Assembly: GCA_021788105.1 (NCBI GenBank)
Contig: JAJYKZ010000001.1
Location: 19,333 to 83,332, forward strand
DNA length: 64,000 bases
From: a bacterium
GTDB lineage: Bacteria > Patescibacteriota > Minisyncoccia > Moranbacterales > UBA2206
Direction: 5' to 3'
Every line of letters begins with the position of its first letter. The stretch's first letter is position 1. Below, piece after piece: positions 57,470 through 64,000 of this stretch. A program made the position numbers and the translations under genes. The notes below the pieces were generated by a model. The model was not told where the DNA came from, did no database searches, and saw only the letters and a list, made by a program, of their open reading frames with translations.

Positions 57470-57541
57470 TGGAGAGTAGCCAAGCGGTAAGGCAACGGGT
57501 TCTGGTCCCGTCACGCGGGGGTTCGAATCCCTCCTCTCCAA
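57470..57541 (+). tRNA. tRNA-Gln (anticodon CUG)
   Basis: TGGAGAG acceptor pairs with CTCTCCA. D-arm AGCCAAGCGGTAAGGC is the canonical tRNA-Gln D-arm. Anticodon stem ACGGG/CCCGT with loop TTCTGGT; T-loop TTCGAAT. Confidence 0.75.
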
Positions 57542-57634
57542 CAGCGCAAGTTTAAAAGACACTCTCGCGGTGTTTTTTTGTTTTGAAGAGAATTTAACTG
57601 GCTTGAGATTGTAAATAATTGTAGATAAAAGTAT

Positions 57635-58180
57635 ATGAAAATTCCCGGCCAACTCCCTCAATTCGAAAACTATCCGACTCTTTTCATTACCAGCGGAGAA
57701 TATGAAGCTGACTTTTTTTTGGCACTTAATGGCGTTCTGGAACTGAAAGAACAAATCAAGATGCCGTCCCGCGAAGAAGCCAAAGAAAAACAAAGCTTTG
57801 TTAACGAATCTCGCGGCTATGAATTAGGAGCCACATCCCATCTGGAACGCTACCACGAGGATCTTAAGAAAAAATTTCAAAAAAAATTTCACGCGCTAAC
57901 CCATGATTTTTTGGCAGACTATCTCAATATGCAAGAAATTTATATCTTCGCGCCGGCTTTTGTGGTTGCCAACTTGGAAAAAGGATTGTCAAAACCGGAA
58001 CTAAAAAAGATTCGCATGAAATTTTTCAAAGAAGAAATCAAGGAAAATCCTTTGGAGATGATCAGGCGATTCTGGAAAACGGAACAAAAAGCGATCAACC
58101 CCGATCCGCCCATAAAAGACGTAGAGAAAAAAATTTTGCAAAAACCGCGTCAAGGCAAAAATCTGCACAAAATTCCATAA
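57635..58180 (+). CDS. Hypothetical protein
   Basis: ORF with coding-like composition; no motif recognized. Confidence 0.35.
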   Translation: MKIPGQLPQFENYPTLFITSGEYEADFFLALNGVLELKEQIKMPSREEAKEKQSFVNESRGYELGATSHLERYHEDLKKKFQKKFHALTHDFLADYLNMQEIYIFAPAFVVANLEKGLSKPELKKIRMKFFKEEIKENPLEMIRRFWKTEQKAINPDPPIKDVEKKILQKPRQGKNLHKIP

Positions 58181-58232
58181 AAAAATCCTCCCAATAAAAG
58201 GAGGATTTTTTAAAAAGTCTTTTTTAAATTGA

Positions 58233-58637
58233 CTACTTTAAGTTCACAGTCGCGCCAGCCTCTTCCAATTTCTTCTTCATCGCATCAGCGTCAGCTTTGG
58301 CAACTTTTTCCTTAATGACTTTCGGAGCTGCGTCCACTAAGTCTTTGGCGTCCTTCAGTCCCAATCCAGTCACTTCACGAACAACTTTAATAACGTTGAT
58401 CTTGGAAGCGCCGGCACTGGCAACTTCTACGTCAAATTCAGTCTTTTCTTCAGCAACAGCTTCACCGGCAGCCGGAGCGGCTCCCGCCATCATCATCGGA
58501 GCGGCGGCGCTTACGCCGAATTTTTCTTCAAGAACTTTTACGAGTTCGGAAAGCTCCAGAACGCTCATAGTTTCAATTTCAGAAACCAGCTTTTGGAATT
58601 TTTCCGGAACTACGACCTCTTTTTTTTCTTCTGTCAT
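58233..58637 (-). CDS. rplL: 50S ribosomal protein L7/L12
   Basis: [27 protein letters not shown]...[10 protein letters not shown]. Confidence 0.9.
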   Translation of the reverse strand: MTEEKKEVVVPEKFQKLVSEIETMSVLELSELVKVLEEKFGVSAAAPMMMAGAAPAAGEAVAEEKTEFDVEVASAGASKINVIKVVREVTGLGLKDAKDLVDAAPKVIKEKVAKADADAMKKKLEEAGATVNLK

Positions 58638-58682
58638 ATTGTTTAATTTAATTACTTATTAAAAATTACTGATTAACTTGAT

Positions 58683-59198
58683 TTATTTCGCATCGGCGAC
58701 CGCCTTCAGAACATTCACCAAACTGCGCAAATTACCGGCCAAAACATTGACAAAACCGGAAACAGGAGCATTGATCGTGCCGACAAATTTGGCCAGCAAT
58801 TCCTCTTTGGATGGAAGTTTGGCCAATGCGTTCACTTCCGCCGCGGACAATTCTTTGATTCCCAAAATTCCTCCGACAATCTTCAGATTCTCATTAGCCT
58901 TGGCCGCTTTGGCGATAATCTTAGCCGCCGCCACTTCGTCCTGACTGGAAACCGCTATAGCGATCTGCCCTTCCATTTTTTTCACGTCCGCTTCGATGCC
59001 GGCGTCTTTGAGCGCCAGATTAATGAGAGTCTTTTTCAGCACTTTCAATTCCACTCCGGCCTCCCTCAATTCTTTTCTCAAGGCGGTTAAGTCCTTGACC
59101 TGAAGACCTTTGTAGTCGGAAAAAACTATCGCTTTGGAACCTTTCAATTTTTGCGCCAATTCCCTGATCAGTTCTTCTTTTTGTTGTTTAGTTTGCAT
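58683..59198 (-). CDS. rplJ: 50S ribosomal protein L10
   Basis: Position upstream of rplL; L10 fold sequence (AIVFSDYKGLQVKDLTALRKELREAGVELKV). Confidence 0.85.
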   Translation of the reverse strand: MQTKQQKEELIRELAQKLKGSKAIVFSDYKGLQVKDLTALRKELREAGVELKVLKKTLINLALKDAGIEADVKKMEGQIAIAVSSQDEVAAAKIIAKAAKANENLKIVGGILGIKELSAAEVNALAKLPSKEELLAKFVGTINAPVSGFVNVLAGNLRSLVNVLKAVADAK

Positions 59199-59384
59199 AA
59201 TGATAGTTTACGTAAATTAAAAATCTGCTTCCCGCAGATCTAAATTAAAAACATTGCTGTCTTTATTTTCCTCGACGAGACTTACTTGTCGCGTGATTCT
59301 GAAAGAATTTTACGCGATTTTATGCTCGCTGTCTGCGGATATTTGATTATTCTTATTTTATATTCAAAAACCAAATTTTGTCAA
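59199..59384 (-). promoter_or_regulatory. Structured leader upstream of rplJ (possible L10-leader-like autoregulatory element) plus rpsP terminator
   Basis: 186 nt non-coding with hairpin atctgcttcccgcagat. This is where the rplJ leader normally lies. Confidence 0.3.
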
Positions 59385-59741
59385 CTATTCAACCTTAGGC
59401 GCTTCCGGCTTAGCATCTTCGACAGCCTTTACTTCTGCCGGAGCGGCAGCTTCCGCCGGAACTTCTTCGACTTTCTTGGCCGGCAACTTCACTTTTCTTT
59501 TTTCTCCGGAAATAATACCTTTCGAAACCAACAAATTGTAAACGGTGTCGGATGGATTAACGCCCTTCGAAATCCAATATTTGATACGTTCTTCTTTCAA
59601 AACAGCTTGCTTGCTGTGAGGATCGTAACTGCCTAAAATTTCAACATGCCGTCCGCCCGGAGCGACTGTGTGCTCCTGAAGCGTAAGTTTGAACTGAGCT
59701 CTGTTCTTTTTTCCCACTCTTGAAAATCTTATAGTCAACAT
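59385..59741 (-). CDS. rpsP: 30S ribosomal protein S16 with an A/E/K-rich C-terminal tail
   Basis: MLTIRFSRVGKKNRAQF...GSYDP. Confidence 0.85.
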   Translation of the reverse strand: MLTIRFSRVGKKNRAQFKLTLQEHTVAPGGRHVEILGSYDPHSKQAVLKEERIKYWISKGVNPSDTVYNLLVSKGIISGEKRKVKLPAKKVEEVPAEAAAPAEVKAVEDAKPEAPKVE

Positions 59742-60041
59742 AATCTATAATATGGAATTGCTTGATTATTCCTTAATTTAAAGCTTATTTTTTGTTACTA
59801 GTTTAGTTTATACGATATTCCTGAAACTGTCAACAAGCACGGGCATCAGCCCAAAAGTTATCCACAGGACGAGTTTTTTTCCAGTTTTGCCTATCACCCT
59901 TTCGGATGTAAAATAAAGTAAACAACATTTCCCTGATGAGATGAAGAAAACAAATAAAAAAATAAAAGCTAGCAATAGTAAAAGGATAACAGCTCTTTCG
60001 GGCTGTTTTTTGTTCTTTAAGTTAAAGAAAGGAGGCTCCGA

Positions 60042-60230
60042 ATGTCAGAAAGAGACAAAGCTATTACATTCGCTCAATCATTAGAAGAAAGATGTAAAAA
60101 ATTAGGAGGCGGAGTTCTTTGCGTTTATGTTGCCTGGGCTATGGGATTCATTTCCGCCAAAGATTGCAACGACTACATAAAAGCGCAAAGAATAATCCGT
60201 GGAGCCTTGCCCCTTGACCCCGCTAATTAA
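60042..60230 (+). CDS. Hypothetical small protein (62 aa)
   Basis: Perfect SD AAAGGAGG 6 nt upstream of the ATG. Confidence 0.35.
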   Translation: MSERDKAITFAQSLEERCKKLGGGVLCVYVAWAMGFISAKDCNDYIKAQRIIRGALPLDPAN

Positions 60231-60332
60231 ATTCGACTCGAATTTAAAAAAATTTTTCTCAATATCAATTGAAGAAAAATTAGCGGGGCTTCTTTTTATA
60301 AAAAACCCGGACCTTGCGTCCGGATTTTGTTT

Positions 60333-61694
60333 TTATATTTTTTTAATCTTCACATCTTCATCAAATATTCCCGCCTTAGAAAATCTTTTGACAACACTTT
60401 TGAATGCGTATCTTTTTTTAGTAGAACCTACAACCTTAACCAATGTTAAAAAATTTTCTTTATAATGATCTTTTATCTTTTTCTCAGACATCCCAGAACC
60501 AGCACTTGCCTCCCCGGAAATATTATCAAGATATTCTTCAGTAAAAGATCCCAATAATCTAGTAACGGCAGAAAGCTTTTTCTTTCCATCATAAATGAAA
60601 TGATCGGAAAACCCCGTCTCATTGCTATTATTGGTCAGGACTATCTGGATTTCAAATTTGCGTTTTATCTTCATACCGTTAACATCTCCGCCTACCGGAA
60701 CAATAAGTCCTCCGTTTATTTTGAAACTTCTATAATCAGGATTAGAATGCGGATTGATATCATTTTTTATCAAAGGTTGTATCGATCTTTCCTCCATTTT
60801 TTTTCTAACCTCATCGACGCCCCCTGCATCAAGCAAGCTAGTATTTTCAAAAATCAAATCCTCTGCCCCGAATCTTCTCTCAAAAAATTCTGCTAAAAAC
60901 GGTATCAATTTTTTTATATCTTCGGCAGTTTTAACTTCAAATTTAAAACCAATGCCGTCTTTTTGCGCTTCTCGCGATGTCTCTTCCGGTTTATTGATAA
61001 ACTTGGTCACAAAACTGTCTTCGTTTTTTCCTCGAAAATAGGAATCTACATCAATAGCATTGTTTGTTCTGTGATCAAATACCATTGTCTGGTCATAACC
61101 GCCTCTTATGCTTCTTTTTCTGTGAAAATTTTGAATCCCCTCATAAGGTTTAAACATTTCTTCGTACAAATATGCGCTTTCTTTAATTAGTCCTTCCATT
61201 TCTTTTTTCCTAAATTCAAAAGAAGCGGCGATTACCTTAACCAAAGCGCAATAGGCCGGAGACAAACCAGTACTTTCACCTGCTTTGTGGGCGGCGGTTT
61301 TTTTAAATATTTTCAAAACATCAGCGACATCCTTAATTTTGTCTAAATTTTTTACTTCGTTTGGCAATGTCAAAAGCAAATAATTTTGAAGATATCCCTT
61401 TGAATATTCCAAAGACTGGTTCAATAATTCAATTTTGCTTTCCAAACTTTCCACATCCAAATAGTTTTCTATGGCTTCTATTATCTCGCCATCATTCAAG
61501 TGCGGACAAGTTGAGAAAAAATCAATAGGGGTAATGTTTTCTCCATTGATGTTAATGCCGCCCTTTTTCATCGCATCCATACACTGCTTCCTATCCGGCG
61601 CTTTCCGATAAAGATCAAGTATCGGATACCATTTTTGAAACGGTTGTTTTTCTACCTCTTTTCGCTGACTCAGATTTGGAAATTCTTTGTTCAT
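60333..61694 (-). CDS. Hypothetical protein (453 aa), no recognizable family
   Basis: Long ORF with coding composition. Possible RGGYD...FDH and VGGDVNG motifs but no confident assignment. Confidence 0.4.
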   Translation of the reverse strand: MNKEFPNLSQRKEVEKQPFQKWYPILDLYRKAPDRKQCMDAMKKGGININGENITPIDFFSTCPHLNDGEIIEAIENYLDVESLESKIELLNQSLEYSKGYLQNYLLLTLPNEVKNLDKIKDVADVLKIFKKTAAHKAGESTGLSPAYCALVKVIAASFEFRKKEMEGLIKESAYLYEEMFKPYEGIQNFHRKRSIRGGYDQTMVFDHRTNNAIDVDSYFRGKNEDSFVTKFINKPEETSREAQKDGIGFKFEVKTAEDIKKLIPFLAEFFERRFGAEDLIFENTSLLDAGGVDEVRKKMEERSIQPLIKNDINPHSNPDYRSFKINGGLIVPVGGDVNGMKIKRKFEIQIVLTNNSNETGFSDHFIYDGKKKLSAVTRLLGSFTEEYLDNISGEASAGSGMSEKKIKDHYKENFLTLVKVVGSTKKRYAFKSVVKRFSKAGIFDEDVKIKKI

Positions 61695-61702
61695 ATTTTT
61701 TA

Positions 61703-64000
61703 TTATTTCAAAATTTTTCCCCCTTGTCCCACTTGATCCAATCGCACGGAAAGAAGTTTCGAAATGCCGTCTTCGCCCATCGTTACGCCGTACAAGAGCG
61801 ACGCCTGGCGCATCGTTTCGCGGTTGTGAGTGATGATGACAAATTGCGTGTTGTTGGAAAGTTCCTGAATGATTCTTCCGAATCTTCGAGAATTAGCTTC
61901 GTCCAAAGCCGCCTCTACTTCATCCAGCACGGCAAACGGCGGCGGATTGTGCGAGATGATCGCGAAAAGCAATGCCAGCGAAGTAAGCGACCGTTCGCCG
62001 CCTGAAAGCATTGAGAGATTGTTGATTTTCTTGCCCGGAGGCGAAGCAAAAATGTCAATGCCGGTTTCAGTTTTTTCTTTTTCATTTTCATCCGGCAATT
62101 CATCAGCCGCTTCTTCAACCACATTTTCTTCTGCCTCTTCTTTGATTCTTCCTCCTCTTTTCCTCACTTCCACTTTTTTCAAGCTGGCGTTTCCCCCGCC
62201 GAAAATAATTCGGAAATATTTGGTAAATTCTTTGTTGATTTCTTCAAACGTGCTGACAAAAACTTCACCAATTTTATAATCCATCTCTTTAATTATTTCT
62301 TTGAGAGAAACAATCGCATTCTCCAGATCTTCGGATTCTTTGGTCAAAAATTCGTAACGTTTGTTGGTTTCTTCATATTCTTCCACGACCAGCGGGTCGA
62401 TTCCGCCGATTTGTTCCATTTGAATTTTCAATCTGGCAATCTCGCGCTCTAGAACATCCCTGTTAATTTCTTCCGCTTCCCCTTTCAGATCTTCGACTTG
62501 GATTTTTAGTTCCCTCAGCACTTCCGAACGCAAATCTTCTTCGCGCACTTCGATTCTGGCCAAAGAAATTTTCGCTTCGTTATATTGATCTTTTAATTTT
62601 CCAAGTTCATCCTGCTTTAGGCGCGATTCGCGTTCCACTTCGAAAAATTTTTGGCGCCTGGCCCTGTCCGCTCTTATTTCTTCCGCGATCTGATCGGCAA
62701 TCGCCTTGGCTTTCTCCTGCAGACCGCGAACCTCTTTCCGAATATTTTCTGTTTTTTCCTTCAACTCATTCACGACAGTCATGTCCATCTCCACTTTTTT
62801 CGGCGGTTCCGCTTCTGTTTTCTCTTCTTTTTTTCCTTTTTCAATATCCACCTTAAGATCATGAAGCCGCTGCTGAATGACTCGGGCAAATTCCTTAATT
62901 TCTTGGAGGTCTTCCAGTTTTTCGACTTTATTTATTCTTTCAATAAGAATTTCCTGATCCTTTCGAATATCTTCAATGCCCTGGCGGACATAATGCAAAT
63001 CCACTGGTATGCTTTTTACTTTAATCTCTTCAATAATCGCAATATTTTTTTGTTTTTCTTTTTCAATTTCAATGCGCCCTTCCGTAACAATCAAATCGCG
63101 ATCCAACGCGTTTAACTTATTCCTGATCTCAGTCTGTTCTTTTTCAAGGCCGGACAATTTTTCATTTCCCCGTTCCTCCTTAGCTTCTTTGCTGATCTCA
63201 TCTCCCAGTCTGTCCGCCTCCCGCTGCACGTTCATCATCTTGCGTCCGATTTCATCTTTGTTCTCATTGAGCCGAGTTTTCTCGCTTTGAAAATTTTTCC
63301 ACAAAAAGGTAAAGAGCTTGGTTTGTTTCTCCTTGAGTTCTTTCGCCACTCCTTCGCTCTGCATCGCTTTTTCCGCCTGACGCTTGAGCATCTTGAGATG
63401 CGGCTTGATTTCTTCCGCCAAACTGCGCGCTTTATCCAAATTTTCCCGGGTAGAATCCAACTTTCTGATGGAGCGTTCTTTTTTGATCTGATATTGTTTG
63501 ACTCCGGCCGCTTCCTCCACTATCGTCCGGCGTTCCAACGGCGTCGCATTGAGGACTGCGTCCGCCATGCCCTGATTAATGATAGAATAACTTTCCTTGC
63601 CAATGCCAGCCTTGGCTAAAAGATCGATCACATCTTGCAAACGGACGCGCGATCCATTGATCAAATATTCCCCTTCTCCGCTTCGGAAAATTCTTCGAGC
63701 AATGGAAACTTCCTCGAACTCCAACGGAATTTTTTTGTCGGAATTATCGAAAATCAAAGAAACCTGAGCGCTGCCCAGCCGAGATTTTTTTCCTGAACCG
63801 GCAAAAATAATATCTTCCGACTTTTTTCCGCGCAGATTTTTCATGGACTGCTCGCCCATCACCCAGCGCATCGAGTCGGCAATGTTTGATTTCCCAGAAC
63901 CGTTCGGGCCGACGATGGCCGTCACGCCTTTTACGCCGTTTTCGGCGCGCGAAAAATCCAACATTGTTTTGTTGGCAAAAGATTTGAATCCTGAAATTTC
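61703..64000 (-). CDS. smc: SMC-family ABC-type ATPase without a recognizable hinge; N-terminus extends beyond the window end
   Basis: Walker A GPNGSGKSN; ABC signature MLSGGERSLTSLALLFAI; Walker B/D-loop FAVLDEVEAALD. The frame stays open upstream of the Met at 63964 (EISGFKSFANKTM...). Confidence 0.7.
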   Translation of the reverse strand, partial: EISGFKSFANKTMLDFSRAENGVKGVTAIVGPNGSGKSNIADSMRWVMGEQSMKNLRGKKSEDIIFAGSGKKSRLGSAQVSLIFDNSDKKIPLEFEEVSIARRIFRSGEGEYLINGSRVRLQDVIDLLAKAGIGKESYSIINQGMADAVLNATPLERRTIVEEAAGVKQYQIKKERSIRKLDSTRENLDKARSLAEEIKPHLKMLKRQAEKAMQSEGVAKELKEKQTKLFTFLWKNFQSEKTRLNENKDEIGRKMMNVQREADRLGDEISKEAKEERGNEKLSGLEKEQTEIRNKLNALDRDLIVTEGRIEIEKEKQKNIAIIEEIKVKSIPVDLHYVRQGIEDIRKDQEILIERINKVEKLEDLQEIKEFARVIQQRLHDLKVDIEKGKKEEKTEAEPPKKVEMDMTVVNELKEKTENIRKEVRGLQEKAKAIADQIAEEIRADRARRQKFFEVERESRLKQDELGKLKDQYNEAKISLARIEVREEDLRSEVLRELKIQVEDLKGEAEEINRDVLEREIARLKIQMEQIGGIDPLVVEEYEETNKRYEFLTKESEDLENAIVSLKEIIKEMDYKIGEVFVSTFEEINKEFTKYFRIIFGGGNASLKKVEVRKRGGRIKEEAEENVVEEAADELPDENEKEKTETGIDIFASPPGKKINNLSMLSGGERSLTSLALLFAIISHNPPPFAVLDEVEAALDEANSRRFGRIIQELSNNTQFVIITHNRETMRQASLLYGVTMGEDGISKLLSVRLDQVGQGGKILK

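Overview
This 64 kb window comes from a low-GC, gene-dense, mostly minus-strand-coded bacterial genome. Its style resembles Patescibacteria/CPR: short or overlapping genes, lysine-rich N-terminal extensions on ribosomal proteins S9 and S11, AlaRS without the C-terminal C-Ala domain, and MurF without its N-terminal domain. The housekeeping content is partly conventional. Present on the minus strand are infA-rpmJ-rpsM-rpsK-rpsD-rpoA-rplQ-rplM-rpsI, rplU, an ftsA-like gene, alaS, mnmA, a partial dcw cluster (mraZ-rsmH-ftsL-ftsI-murF), dnaX, rplJ-rplL preceded by rpsP, two tRNAs (Glu-CUC and Gln-CUG), and the isoprenoid genes uppS, ispG and a polyprenyl synthase. A Ca2+/H+ antiporter, a PAS-GGDEF protein, a Fe/Mn superoxide dismutase, a PEBP-family protein and a hinge-less SMC-like ATPase running off the 3' edge are also present. 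The main unusual feature is a ~14 kb array at 26158..40078 that resembles a split, expanded rifampin-phosphotransferase (RPH)-type dikinase system. It has two stand-alone ATP-grasp proteins (PPDK_N-like, the PEP synthase/PPDK N-terminal ATP-binding domain). It also has six paralogous proteins, each a divergent ~380 aa N-terminal domain fused to a conserved C-terminal phosphohistidine swivel domain (the PEP-utilizers mobile domain). Two of the six are split by frameshifts. One decayed remnant, an HD-domain phosphohydrolase and a histidine-phosphatase-like protein lie in the array. Late riboflavin genes (ribH, ribE, a riboflavin kinase) are embedded, and redox genes flank it (trxB upstream; trxA and a Trx-CcdA fusion downstream). 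Other points of interest are a VirD4/TraG/HerA-superfamily ATPase with a zinc ribbon paired with a two-TM membrane protein, and a plus-strand island encoding a frameshifted pyrD-like gene plus a pyrC-like dihydroorotase. Three reading-frame breaks all fall at A/T homopolymers. Tandem small SD-preceded ORFs lie next to the tRNA-Glu gene. All functional calls rest on motif-level recognition by eye; no database search was run.
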